From assembly GCA_040753555.1 (NCBI GenBank), contig JBFMDZ010000001.1:12693-76692 (forward strand): 64,000 nt of DNA, given 5' to 3'. How positions within the stretch are numbered: the first letter of the stretch is position 1; each line of letters opens with the position of its first letter. The notes below the pieces were generated by a model, which had not been told where the DNA came from, searched no databases, and saw only the letters and a list, made by a program, of their open reading frames with translations. Shown one piece after another: positions 29,741 to 39,607 of the stretch. This stretch comes from a bacterium. GTDB lineage: Bacteria; UBA9089; UBA9088. The position numbers and the translations under genes were made by a program.

Positions 29741-31706
29741 TTTTTAAGTTACAAAACCCTACTAAAGGTTTCACTACATTCATTAAATTTTGAGTATCAA
29801 GTTTATCCAAGCTATAATATTGTCCTCCACTTATCTCAGCCAGTTCTCGGTTATATCCAAGATTCAAAAAGCCACTGTTGCAATCCACAACTACTAAATT
29901 TATCCCCTGCCTTTTTATCTCTTCTCCAAGAGAGATTACCTCCTTTCTAACATCATTCCCTAAAGGAATATTTCCTCTTCCATCAGAGATTAGCACCATA
30001 ATAGGGATGATATTTTTACTCTTTCTCATCTGGCTCTTTAATATTTCCAGGCCTTTATACAGACCATCGGAAAGGGGTGTTTTACCTCCAGTAGGAAGTT
30101 CCTTAAGACAATTTGCTGCAAGCTCTTGGCTTGAAGTGGGCGGTAAAAGAACCTCAGCCCTTTCCTTTCGGAAGGCAACAAATCCTACCTTATCCCTTTT
30201 CTGATAAGCCTCTTCAAGCAAAGCCATAACTGCTCCCTTTGCCACTTCCATTCTTTGCATCGCTCCCATTGAGCCTGAAGCATCAACTACAAATACAATG
30301 GTTGAGGAAATTTTCTTCTCCCTTACCTTCTCCCTTAGGTCTTCCTCTTCTATCTGGAGACTTCCCTTTCTGATTATTGAAGCTCTCATAGTAGCATCCA
30401 CAGCAATGTCGCTTGCTTTTTCTTGTGGAATTTTAGATTTGATATACTTACCACGGCAAGAGCTTAAGGTTTTAGCTCTTCTTCCTGAACCAATCCTTTG
30501 TTTTTTATCCTTCCTTAGTTTAAATTTTAGCTTCCTTTGCTCCCCGATATCGAAAACCTTCTCTAAATTTCCTTTACTGTTATCTTGTTTGTCTTGATTT
30601 GAACTAGATTCTTGTTGCTCTTGCTGTCTGTTATCTTGATACTTGTTATTTTCCTTCTGCTTAGATTCTTCTTTTTTACCAATTATTCTCTCTATTTCTT
30701 GCCACAGCAGGGGCTGAGGTTGCTCAAATGGTTTTTTCTTCATTCGGTGAGGAAGAACAAACTCAGCTGCCTCTTTCACATCCTCTTCAGTTACCACTTT
30801 TCGCTCATTGAAAGCAGCTATAGTCTTAGCAGTTCTGGCAATAAGAAAATCAGCGCGGTGGCCGTCAACAGCAAAATTGATGCAAATCTCAGCTATTTTA
30901 CATAATAATCTCTCAGGAACTACAACCTCATTCAGCAATTCCATCGCTTTTATAATGCTTTCTCTAAGCTTTCTCTGTTTTCCCTCGTAGCGTTGAGAAA
31001 ATTGCAAAGGTGCTTTTGCAAATTCTTCCACTGTTTTTATAATCTCTATCCTTTCCTCAACTTCTCTTAGTGTTTTAACTTCCACGCTGAGCCCAAACCT
31101 ATCCAGAAGCTGTGGACGGATTTCTCCTTCCTCAGGGTTCATGGTCCCTACAAGAATGAACTTGGAAGGATGAGAAAGTGATATTCCTTCTCTCTGGATG
31201 ATGTTTATGCCCATAGCCGCCGAATCAAGCAGGATATCCACTAAATGGTCATCAAGCAGATTCACTTCATCGATGTAAAGTATTCCTTGATTTACATCAG
31301 CCAGTATGCCTGGCTGCAAAGCTTTTATCCCTTCCTTCAAAGCCTTCTCGATATCCACAGTCCCTATCACTCTATCTTCTGTGGCTCCTAAGGGAAAATC
31401 CACTACTCTCATCTTCCTCTTTTCCTTCGGGAGTTTCTCTTTTCTCCTCCATTTCTCGTTACAAATCTCACACTGAAGTGAGGGATCATGCGGGCTGCAA
31501 TTGAAAGGACATTTTACCACCTCTATCTCCGGCAGAAGCTCAGCCAATGCCCTTACCGCAGTTGACTTGGCTGTTCCTTTCTCTCCTTTAATCAAAACAC
31601 CCTGCAAGTTTGGATTTATAGCATTCAGTATTAAAGCCTTCTTTAGCTTCTCCTGCCCTACTAAAGCAGTAAAAAGCAAAACAGTTCTTTTCATATGGTG
31701 TGCCAT
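29667..31706 (-). CDS. Mg-chelatase-family ATPase, ChlI/ChlD fusion, paralog 2.
   Basis: [10 protein letters not shown]-loop and vWA domain ([12 protein letters not shown]). The C-terminal tail ETTGKHRY x3 is encoded by the same tandem repeat. Confidence 0.85.
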   Translation of the reverse strand: MAHHMKRTVLLFTALVGQEKLKKALILNAINPNLQGVLIKGEKGTAKSTAVRALAELLPEIEVVKCPFNCSPHDPSLQCEICNEKWRRKEKLPKEKRKMRVVDFPLGATEDRVIGTVDIEKALKEGIKALQPGILADVNQGILYIDEVNLLDDHLVDILLDSAAMGINIIQREGISLSHPSKFILVGTMNPEEGEIRPQLLDRFGLSVEVKTLREVEERIEIIKTVEEFAKAPLQFSQRYEGKQRKLRESIIKAMELLNEVVVPERLLCKIAEICINFAVDGHRADFLIARTAKTIAAFNERKVVTEEDVKEAAEFVLPHRMKKKPFEQPQPLLWQEIERIIGKKEESKQKENNKYQDNRQQEQQESSSNQDKQDNSKGNLEKVFDIGEQRKLKFKLRKDKKQRIGSGRRAKTLSSCRGKYIKSKIPQEKASDIAVDATMRASIIRKGSLQIEEEDLREKVREKKISSTIVFVVDASGSMGAMQRMEVAKGAVMALLEEAYQKRDKVGFVAFRKERAEVLLPPTSSQELAANCLKELPTGGKTPLSDGLYKGLEILKSQMRKSKNIIPIMVLISDGRGNIPLGNDVRKEVISLGEEIKRQGINLVVVDCNSGFLNLGYNRELAEISGGQYYSLDKLDTQNLMNVVKPLVGFCNLKNETTGKHRYETTGKHRYETTGKHR
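29677..29748. repeat. Perfect 24-bp x3 tandem repeat (atctgtgtttacctgtggtttcat).
   Basis: Read directly from the sequence. It spans the chlID-2 stop and the start of the GxxExxY gene. Confidence 0.9.
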
Positions 31707-31718
31707 CTGGCTACCTTC

Positions 31719-33944
31719 CTAAAAACCTAATCTTATTTCCCCAAACCATGAGCGCCCAGGTTCCTTCCAGAAACCGAAATAGTCTTTGTCAAAGATGTTG
31801 TCTATTGAAAGAGACAATGTAGCAAACTTTTTAATCTTCCAAGAGACCTTTGTATCAGCTACAAAATGAGGATCATAAGAAGTATAGATATTGTTTACTG
31901 TATCTTTGTTCTCATCTGTTGCATAAATTTTACTCATATATCGGCCGGTTAGACTTGCGGAAAAAGGCCCTTTTTCAAACTCTGTCCCTACATTAAACAT
32001 CTTCTCAGGCATAAAGGTTAGTCTTTTGCCAACTGTCGCAGGTTTTGCTTCATTCTCTTTTATCTTTGCATCATTATAAGTAAAGTTGGAAAAAACCTTA
32101 AGCCACTTATCAAATTTTTGTTCTACCTCAAGCTCTAAACCTTTACCCTCTGCCTTACCAACATTTATATACTCTTGATAGGTAGGGCTAACTGTCTTTA
32201 AGTAGATGAGATCATCCATCTTGTTCTCAAAATAGCTAATCCCTATTTTTGCACCCTTCCATAAGTCCTGTTTAACCCCAACATCCCAGGAAAAAGTTGT
32301 CTCTGGTTTTAAGTCAGGATTTCCCGCATAAGTAACATTTCTCAATGATGTCCATGTCTTATAGAGCTCAGAAATTGTTGCTGATCTGAATGCTTTGCCA
32401 ATAGATGTTCGTAAAGTAGTTTTTTCAAATGGTTTATAGACAAAGGCAGCCTTTGGACTAAAGGATGATTTCTCTCTTGGGTCATAGTATTTTGGATAAC
32501 CACTGATGCCTACCTGATTTACATAGCCATCATAGGTCTTCCACCAGTCCTGCCTGAACCCAAGATAAGCAGTAAGATTTTCACGAAGAACTATCTCATC
32601 CTGCAAAAACAAGGCATATGTTCTGTCTTTTCCCTTTGATTGATAAGTAAGTTCAGTCTTTGACTCCTTATCCTTCCAGTTTGTAAGATTGTAATCCTTT
32701 GAGTCTGCCCATCCCTGTCTAAATGAGCCACCAAAGGTAAGGATGTGCCTTCCAAAGACAGGGGAAGTGAATTGAAGATCTATGTTATAGCTTTCACATG
32801 GGGTCTCTGTGACCTTACCCGGCCCACCTGCTCGGGTTGCTGTATCAGAAGGCACTGTATTCCAATATTTTTCCCGATCAACCAACCCAAGGGTCAGTTT
32901 TGTCTTGAAAGAAGATATCTTTGTTTCGCAAGTTAGGTTATAATTGTTTTGTTCTGTGCCTAATGAACCGGAAAGAAATGAAGACTCATTTACAGTTTTT
33001 GTTTTAGTTCCAATTACAGTTACATATGACCAGACTGGATTTCCGGCTGCATCTTTAAGATATGTCTTGGGGTTATCATAGTTGTATTCGAAGCCGATTC
33101 TATGAAATGAGAAATTAATCTTTGATGCTTTGCTAAAGTCATACCCTGTCTTGAAGGTAAAATTTTTATCCCACCAGCTGTTGTCTCCTTTGTCTCCAAT
33201 TAAGTAGCAAGTGTTCCCTCCTCTATCTTTGGTCTCTGTCCATCCAGTGATATTTGCAGGAGGTTTGATCCCTACCACACTAAGATCTGTGGGATAACCT
33301 TTGGTTGCCTTATATCCATAACTTAAAAAGAGGCTCAATTTGTCTTTTAACTTATCAGCGTAAGAGAAATAAAGGTTTCCTAAATCATCCATAGCTTCTC
33401 CTCTATTCCAGCCTGAGCCATAGCCACTTTTGAGAAAAAATTCTCTCTTTTCTGGCATCTTGGTGATGATATTTACTACCCCTCCCATGGCATAACCGCC
33501 ATAGAGGCTTGAAAATGGACCTTTAACCACCTCAATCTTTTCTATATCCTCTGGCGCTAAGCCAGCAAAACGGACACTACCAGAGTAAGCATCATTGAGA
33601 GGAATACCGTCCATTAAGATTAATGTTCTATCTTGTGACGGGAATCCCCTCAAAGTAACCTTAGCGATACTATCCATAAGTCCTTTAGTTCGCTTGCTAT
33701 AGACACCAGGAACCATATTCAATGCCTCATCAACTGCTTTAATATTTCTTTTTTCCATATCCTTTTTCTTAACCACAGATGTAGATGCTGGCACTGCCTC
33801 TATTTCCTTCTCTACCCTTGTAGCCGTAACCACTATCTCTTCACCATAGATGGTAAGGACTGACTCCTCTCTCTCTTCAGCCTCAAGAGTTGAGGTCAAG
33901 CCCAACACCAAGATATTTACCCCCAAAAGTATCCTTCTTAACAT
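31719..33944 (-). CDS. TonB-dependent outer-membrane receptor.
   Basis: Signal peptide, plug domain (IVVTATR...), 741 aa, C-terminal ...RLGF terminal Phe. Confidence 0.85.
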   Translation of the reverse strand: MLRRILLGVNILVLGLTSTLEAEEREESVLTIYGEEIVVTATRVEKEIEAVPASTSVVKKKDMEKRNIKAVDEALNMVPGVYSKRTKGLMDSIAKVTLRGFPSQDRTLILMDGIPLNDAYSGSVRFAGLAPEDIEKIEVVKGPFSSLYGGYAMGGVVNIITKMPEKREFFLKSGYGSGWNRGEAMDDLGNLYFSYADKLKDKLSLFLSYGYKATKGYPTDLSVVGIKPPANITGWTETKDRGGNTCYLIGDKGDNSWWDKNFTFKTGYDFSKASKINFSFHRIGFEYNYDNPKTYLKDAAGNPVWSYVTVIGTKTKTVNESSFLSGSLGTEQNNYNLTCETKISSFKTKLTLGLVDREKYWNTVPSDTATRAGGPGKVTETPCESYNIDLQFTSPVFGRHILTFGGSFRQGWADSKDYNLTNWKDKESKTELTYQSKGKDRTYALFLQDEIVLRENLTAYLGFRQDWWKTYDGYVNQVGISGYPKYYDPREKSSFSPKAAFVYKPFEKTTLRTSIGKAFRSATISELYKTWTSLRNVTYAGNPDLKPETTFSWDVGVKQDLWKGAKIGISYFENKMDDLIYLKTVSPTYQEYINVGKAEGKGLELEVEQKFDKWLKVFSNFTYNDAKIKENEAKPATVGKRLTFMPEKMFNVGTEFEKGPFSASLTGRYMSKIYATDENKDTVNNIYTSYDPHFVADTKVSWKIKKFATLSLSIDNIFDKDYFGFWKEPGRSWFGEIRLGF

Positions 33945-34075
33945 TTTTTTACCTCCTTTTATGTTACTTTTTTAAAATTCATGCTACCAAAAGTCTACCA
34001 AAAAAATTTATCTCATGTCAATAAAAATTTATTACCTTTTTAAAATTCGTGCTACTTAAAAGAAAAAAAATATCC

Positions 34076-34495
34076 TCATACTATCTCTTCCCCTGTAGTA
34101 GCCATACTCAGACTGCCGTATTTTACCCCTTTGGTGGACTTCAGTCTAAAAGCAAGTCTCTCTACTTCTTTAGGCATACCTTTAACTGCAATTATCTCCA
34201 AGCAATTATTATGATCTAAATGGATATGTTGTGATGAAAGGATAAGTTTATGCTCCCCATGTTGAATATCTGTTAACTTATTCACTAACTCTCTTCGGTG
34301 GTGGTTATAGACAAGGACAACTGCTCCACCTACTTCCCTTTCATCGGTCATCCACTCGCGCTTTACCAAACTCTCCCTTATTAAATCCCTTATTGCCTCT
34401 GAGCGGTTAGGATAATCCTTCTCTTCAAGCAGTCTATCAAATTTAGTCAGGAGTTCTTTATCAATTGATATCCCAAAACGAACCAACTGCGACAT
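34076..34495 (-). CDS. nikR: Nickel-responsive transcriptional regulator NikR.
   Basis: Ribbon-helix-helix N-terminus (RFGISIDKELL...NRSEAIRDLIR) and C-terminal metal-site residues (HIHLDHNNCLEI). Full-length alignment to E. coli NikR. Confidence 0.85.
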   Translation of the reverse strand: MSQLVRFGISIDKELLTKFDRLLEEKDYPNRSEAIRDLIRESLVKREWMTDEREVGGAVVLVYNHHRRELVNKLTDIQHGEHKLILSSQHIHLDHNNCLEIIAVKGMPKEVERLAFRLKSTKGVKYGSLSMATTGEEIV

Positions 34496-34570
34496 AAGTC
34501 AGACCTCTTTTATAATATTACTTTTATAAAAATAGTAGCACAAGCTTTAAAGAAATGTCAAGCAAAATTT

Positions 34571-34638
34571 TTGCAATGTTTAGTTACAATAATAAAATGT
34601 TAATCTTTTTGAAAAAGCAATCACAAGAAAGAATAATA
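34571..34638 (+). promoter_or_regulatory. Candidate sigma70-type promoter(s) for hdrA. The nikR leader lies on the opposite strand.
   Basis: TTGCAA-16-TAAAAT at 34571-34598 and TTGAAA-17-AATAAT at 34610-34638. Confidence 0.25.
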
Positions 34639-34709
34639 ATTATTGCCAAAAACACCATCTTATTTTAAACTTTATTCTTAAAAAATGGCAAGGATTGGTG
34701 TATTTGTTT
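34628..34709. repeat. Diverged direct repeat, copy B. It contains a truncated mreD start (MVFLAIIII...stop on the minus strand) and the intact hdrA start.
   Basis: Matches 15056-15132. Confidence 0.8.
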
Positions 34710-36655
34710 GTCATTGCGGTGTAAATATTTCTGGGATTGTTAATTGTCCTTCTGTAGCAAGCGAATTGCTTAAAATCCCAGGGGTTGTTTATACAAGGGA
34801 TTATCAATATATGTGTTCCTTGCCAGGACAATCCTTAATAAAAGAGGCAATAAAGAATTATGGGCTTAACAGAATTGTTGTCTCTGCCTGCTCTCCAAGA
34901 ATGCATGAAGAGACATTTAGAAATTGCATAAGCGAAGCAGGTCTTAATCCATATCTTTTTGAAATGGCAAATATAAGGGAGCAATGCTCCTGGGTTCATC
35001 AGGATAAAGAAAAGGCAACCAAAAAGGCAATTGAGCTTACAAGGATGGCTGTTTTTAAGGTAGCTAAAAATATCCCATTGACTAAATTGAAGGCAGGTGT
35101 TTGCAAGAAGGGATGTGTTATTGGCGGTGGAATTGCAGGGATTCAGGCAGGATTAGATTTGGCAAATGCTGGAATTTCTACAATAATTGTAGAGAGAACG
35201 CCCTCCATCGGTGGAAAGATGGCTCAGCTTGACAAGACATTCCCAACCCTTGATTGCTCTGCCTGTATTCTAACCCCAAAGATGGTTGAGGCCTCAAGGC
35301 ACAAAAACATAAAGATTTATACATATTCTGAGATTGAAGAGGTCTCTGGCTTTATGGGAAACTTTAAGGTTAAAATAAGAAAAAAAGCAAGGTCAATTGA
35401 TGAAAGTAAATGCACAGGTTGCGGCTTGTGCCTTGAAAAATGCCCTGTAAAGATTCCATCAGAATTTAATATGGGTTTAGGAAATAGGGGTGCAATATAC
35501 ATTCCATTCCCACAGGCTGTTCCAAGGATTCCTACAATTGACCGGGAAAATTGTCTATATTTCACAAAGAAAAGGTGTGGCTTGTGCAAAAAAGCCTGTG
35601 ATAGAGATGCAATTAACTATTATCAGGAAGATGAGATAATCACAGAGGATGTAGGAGCAATCATTGTTGCAACAGGGTTTTCCTTGTTTGACCATTCTGT
35701 TTATGGAGAATATGGGGGAGGAAGATTTAAGGATATTCTCTCTTCCCTCTCCTTTGAAAGGCTTATAAATGCATCTGGTCCTACAAAAGGACACATAAAA
35801 AGGCCATCAGATGGGAAAGAGCCAAAATCCGTTGCATTTATCCAATGTATTGGTTGTAGGGATGATGCAAAAGGCATTTCATATTGCGGAAGGTTTTGCT
35901 GTATGTACACCGCAAAACAGGCAATTCTTTTAAGAGAACATATCCCAGATTGCAAGGTTCATATTTTTTATATTGACATAAGGGCAGCTGGAAAGGGGTA
36001 TGAGGAGTTTGTAGAGAAGGCAAGGACAAAATATGGGATTTCATATATCAGGGGAAGGGTATCTAAGATTTATCAAAAAAAGGATAGGCTTGTTGTAAAG
36101 GGTGCGGATACATTGGCAGGCATTCCATTAAGTGTTGAGGTAGATATGGTTGTTTTGGCAAACGGTGCTATTCCACAAAAGGATTCAAAGACCCTAGCCC
36201 AAATTTTAAAAATCCCTTATGATGAATATGGCTTCTTTACAGAATTACATCCAAAGCTAGCACCCTCTGAAACAACAACCGGAGGCATATTTCTAGCTGG
36301 CTCTTGCCAATTCCCAAAGGATATTCCCGATTGTGTGCAATCTGCAGGAGCAGCATCCTCTAAGGCAATCTCCCTTGTTTCAAAGGATTCCCTTGAAATA
36401 GAACCTGTGATTTCCAGGGTAAATCCTGAATTTTGTAAAGCCTGCTTTAGCTGTATTGATGTTTGTGCATATTCTGCAATTGAGAAACAAGAAATAAAGG
36501 GAAGGGTATCAGCAAAGATAAACCCTGCCCTATGCCATGGCTGTGGCTCTTGCTTATCCATATGCAGATGCTCTGCCATAAGCCTGGATGGATTTTCATC
36601 TTTTAGCATATTCAATCAGATTGAGGCATTAAGTGAAATGTATGAAGGGTTTTAA
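34685..36655 (+). CDS. hdrA: Heterodisulfide reductase subunit A-like flavoprotein.
   Basis: MARIGVFVCHCGVNISGIV N-terminus, FAD-binding GGGIAG, multiple ferredoxin-type Cys clusters, 656 aa. Confidence 0.9.
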   Translation: MARIGVFVCHCGVNISGIVNCPSVASELLKIPGVVYTRDYQYMCSLPGQSLIKEAIKNYGLNRIVVSACSPRMHEETFRNCISEAGLNPYLFEMANIREQCSWVHQDKEKATKKAIELTRMAVFKVAKNIPLTKLKAGVCKKGCVIGGGIAGIQAGLDLANAGISTIIVERTPSIGGKMAQLDKTFPTLDCSACILTPKMVEASRHKNIKIYTYSEIEEVSGFMGNFKVKIRKKARSIDESKCTGCGLCLEKCPVKIPSEFNMGLGNRGAIYIPFPQAVPRIPTIDRENCLYFTKKRCGLCKKACDRDAINYYQEDEIITEDVGAIIVATGFSLFDHSVYGEYGGGRFKDILSSLSFERLINASGPTKGHIKRPSDGKEPKSVAFIQCIGCRDDAKGISYCGRFCCMYTAKQAILLREHIPDCKVHIFYIDIRAAGKGYEEFVEKARTKYGISYIRGRVSKIYQKKDRLVVKGADTLAGIPLSVEVDMVVLANGAIPQKDSKTLAQILKIPYDEYGFFTELHPKLAPSETTTGGIFLAGSCQFPKDIPDCVQSAGAASSKAISLVSKDSLEIEPVISRVNPEFCKACFSCIDVCAYSAIEKQEIKGRVSAKINPALCHGCGSCLSICRCSAISLDGFSSFSIFNQIEALSEMYEGF

Positions 36656-37583
36656 GATACTTATTTTTATTATAGTTTTTATAGGTTGTGGATTTTTATT
36701 TCCAGTTATTAAATTCCCTCTTAAGAAAGAGAAATTTCTTATAGGAGAAAAGAAATATCTTCTTATTGCCACGGTTATTAAAGAGCATAATATAGATATT
36801 CAGCATAGAAGTGAGAAAAGCAAAGAAAAAATCCTAAAAAATACAATTTATAAGGTTAGATTAGGCGATACACTTTGGTCAATTTCAAGGAAGTTTGGGT
36901 TGAATGTTTCTACAATCATTAGTGTGAACAATATAGCAAGCAATATTATAAGAGAGGGAATGGAAATTAAAATTCCAAGCCAAAATGGTATTCTCTATAA
37001 GATAAAATCTAAAGATACACTTTTAAAGATTGCAAGGATATATAATGTTTCATTAGAAAAGATAATTGAAGCTAATGGCTTAGCTAACACAACTATTCGG
37101 GAAGGAAAGACAATCTTTCTTCCGTGTGCAAAATTACCAGAAAAACCCCAAATATTTTGTGCCAACAAAAACCATCAATCTAAACCCTCTCTTGTCTTTA
37201 GTAAGGAAGATATTGGTAATTGTGAGATTGTAAAGATTGCTTGTAGCTTTCTAAATATTCCATACAAATATGGAGGAATGAGTAATAACGGTATTGATTG
37301 CTCAGGATTTGTAAAGATTGTATTTGGTCAATTGGGTGTGTCTCTTCCTAGAACAGCATCTTCTCAGTTTAAAGAAGGGTCTTCTGTTAAAGAATTACAA
37401 CCAGGCGACCTTCTGTTTTTTGCTAGAAAAGGAGATATTCCTTCCCATGTTGGTATCTATATGGGAGAGGGAAGGTTCATCCATGCATCCTCTGGAAGAG
37501 AAAAGAAGGTGATAACAACAGAGCTTAATAAATACACCCAAAGATTCATTGGAGCAAAAAGGATTTTTTATGAAAATTTATAG
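36633..37583 (+). CDS. Cell-wall hydrolase: LysM repeats plus NlpC/P60 peptidase.
   Basis: Three LysM motifs (YKVRLGDTLWSISRKFG..., YKIKSKDTLLKIARIY...). NlpC/P60 catalytic region (GIDCSGFV...HVGIYMGEGRFIHAS). Confidence 0.8.
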   Translation: MKCMKGFKILIFIIVFIGCGFLFPVIKFPLKKEKFLIGEKKYLLIATVIKEHNIDIQHRSEKSKEKILKNTIYKVRLGDTLWSISRKFGLNVSTIISVNNIASNIIREGMEIKIPSQNGILYKIKSKDTLLKIARIYNVSLEKIIEANGLANTTIREGKTIFLPCAKLPEKPQIFCANKNHQSKPSLVFSKEDIGNCEIVKIACSFLNIPYKYGGMSNNGIDCSGFVKIVFGQLGVSLPRTASSQFKEGSSVKELQPGDLLFFARKGDIPSHVGIYMGEGRFIHASSGREKKVITTELNKYTQRFIGAKRIFYENL

Positions 37584-38646
37584 ATTGGGATTATTTTTAG
37601 TAATCCCAGCATTTTTTATTGAAACCACCACCCTTTTTTCCCAAGATGCAATTTCAGAAACAAAGGAGTTAAAATCTCATTCCTTTCTAATTAAAGGAAC
37701 TAAATCGCTTATAGAGCTAAAAAGAAAAATTGGAAGCAAGGGGATGCTTGTTGTTTTAAAGATTAACAGAATAGATGAAAAACATATTAAGGCTGGAAAT
37801 AGCATTATTGTTCCTGATACTTTTGACAATATCCTTGATTTTTCACCTTTTCCTTTTTATATTGAAGAGCTTGTGGAAGTAGAAAAATTGCTTCTTGTGT
37901 CAATTCAAAATCAGGCATTTGCTGCCTATGAATTTGGCAAGCAGGTTTGGTGGGGACCTGTAAGCACGGGAAAAAAGGATACACCAACACCCACTGGCCT
38001 TTATTGGACAAACTGGAAGTCAAAAAAGAAAAAAAGCACCTCTAATCCCGAATGGATACTAAATTTTTACTTTAATATTGAGAACAAAAGGGGAATTTCT
38101 TTTCACCAATTTGCCCTTCCAGGCTATCCTGCAAGTCATTCCTGTATCCGTATGCTTTCCGAAGACGCCCAATGGCTTTATAATTGGGCAGAAGAATGGA
38201 GCCTTTCAAAAAATGGCTGGTCTATCCTTTCATACGGAACACCAGTTATTATTTTTGGTGAATATTCCTATGAAGAAGGAACACGATCTGTAGGTTTTCC
38301 TTTAGAAACAGATACAACAACCATTAAATCTGAAATTAAAGAATGGTTTGGATTAAAACCAATCTTGGAAAAAGTAATGGGTACGGATACAATTTATCCT
38401 GTGTTCTATTTTAATACAAAACCTGGAATTAAATCTTTAGAATTAGAAATATCAAAGGATTCCTCATTTGGTAGTTTAACTTATTCTGCACATCTACCAT
38501 CTATGACAGGAAGTTATACATTAACAGAAACAATCCTTCCTCCTGGTAAATGGTATTCTCGAATAAAGGGCATTACACCAAAATTTCCTCCTGTTTACTC
38601 TAATATAGTTATGTTTGAGATTGTTCCAAATAGAAATGATGAATAA
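37549..38646 (+). CDS. L,D-transpeptidase (YkuD domain) protein.
   Basis: FHQFALPGYPASHSCIRM catalytic motif. Signal/TM N-terminus. Confidence 0.7.
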   Translation: MEQKGFFMKIYRLGLFLVIPAFFIETTTLFSQDAISETKELKSHSFLIKGTKSLIELKRKIGSKGMLVVLKINRIDEKHIKAGNSIIVPDTFDNILDFSPFPFYIEELVEVEKLLLVSIQNQAFAAYEFGKQVWWGPVSTGKKDTPTPTGLYWTNWKSKKKKSTSNPEWILNFYFNIENKRGISFHQFALPGYPASHSCIRMLSEDAQWLYNWAEEWSLSKNGWSILSYGTPVIIFGEYSYEEGTRSVGFPLETDTTTIKSEIKEWFGLKPILEKVMGTDTIYPVFYFNTKPGIKSLELEISKDSSFGSLTYSAHLPSMTGSYTLTETILPPGKWYSRIKGITPKFPPVYSNIVMFEIVPNRNDE

Positions 38647-38873
38647 TAGATGCTCAACACAAAAGATGTAATGAACACGACAAGCACAACTTTTTTAAGT
38701 AAATTACAGTTATAACCTAAAGATATTATAAAATTCTAAATACATAAGCACTTTATAAATGCAAAATGTAAAACGAAAAATGCAAAACTTATGGTAAGGA
38801 TTCAATAAAATGCAATGATTACCATGGATGGATTTTCATCTAATGGATTATTTCATCAGATTGAGAAATCCTG

Positions 38874-38902
38874 TTGACAGAGGATTATTCCAATGGTATA
38901 TT
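38874..38902 (+). promoter_or_regulatory. Sigma70-type promoter for the Uma2-family gene.
   Basis: TTGACA (38874-38879), 17-nt spacer, TATATT (38897-38902). RBS aaaggaggt before the ATG at 38952. Confidence 0.4.
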
Positions 38903-38951
38903 TATTTTAGTAATGAAAGGGTGAGATAAATTCTAAAAGGAGGTATTATTT

Positions 38952-39536
38952 ATGGGTCTTCTGGCAAGAAAAATAAAAGAACGATTCACTTATGAAGATT
39001 ATCTGAAATGGTCAGATGAAGAACGATGGGAACTGATAGATGGAGTAGCTTATGATATGAGCCCCTCTCCTTCAAGAAGGCATCAGAAGGTAGTAGGTAA
39101 TATATTTGCTGAATTCCATAATTATTTAAAAAACAAACCTTGTGAGGTGTATCTTGCCCCTTTTGATGTCCGATTGCCAGAGGCTGATGAGGCAGAGAAA
39201 GAGATAGAAACCGTGGTTCAACCAGATATTGTGGTTGTTTGTGAGCGGAATAAACTTGATGATCGTGGATGTATCGGTGCTCCGGATATCATTATAGAAA
39301 TCTTATCTCCCTACACCGCCAAAAAAGACCTTATCACCAAATATCATCTATATGAAAGGCATAAAGTTAAACAATATTGGATATTTGACCCAGCCACAGA
39401 GGAGGTGGTTATATTTAAACTTAAACAGGATAAGTATGGAAAGCCTGAAGAATATAAAAAACAAGAGGGGATAAAAGTGGACATCTTTGAAGATTTAAAA
39501 ATAGATTTAAACACCATATTTTCCTCTGGAGAATAA
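38952..39536 (+). CDS. Uma2-family (DUF820) putative restriction-endonuclease-like protein.
   Basis: WELIDGVAYDMSPSPSRRHQ, the Uma2 signature. Confidence 0.75.
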   Translation: MGLLARKIKERFTYEDYLKWSDEERWELIDGVAYDMSPSPSRRHQKVVGNIFAEFHNYLKNKPCEVYLAPFDVRLPEADEAEKEIETVVQPDIVVVCERNKLDDRGCIGAPDIIIEILSPYTAKKDLITKYHLYERHKVKQYWIFDPATEEVVIFKLKQDKYGKPEEYKKQEGIKVDIFEDLKIDLNTIFSSGE

Positions 39537-39607
39537 AAATAAATTTTAAAGATTAAACCAACAAATGCTACCATTATGGATACTATCTGAAGGATTATTT
39601 CATCAAA

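Noticed and set aside
34640-34831. 63-aa minus-strand ORF overlapping the hdrA start region.
   Set aside because: It overlaps the well-supported hdrA N-terminus and the repeat copy. Its low-complexity product has no supporting features.
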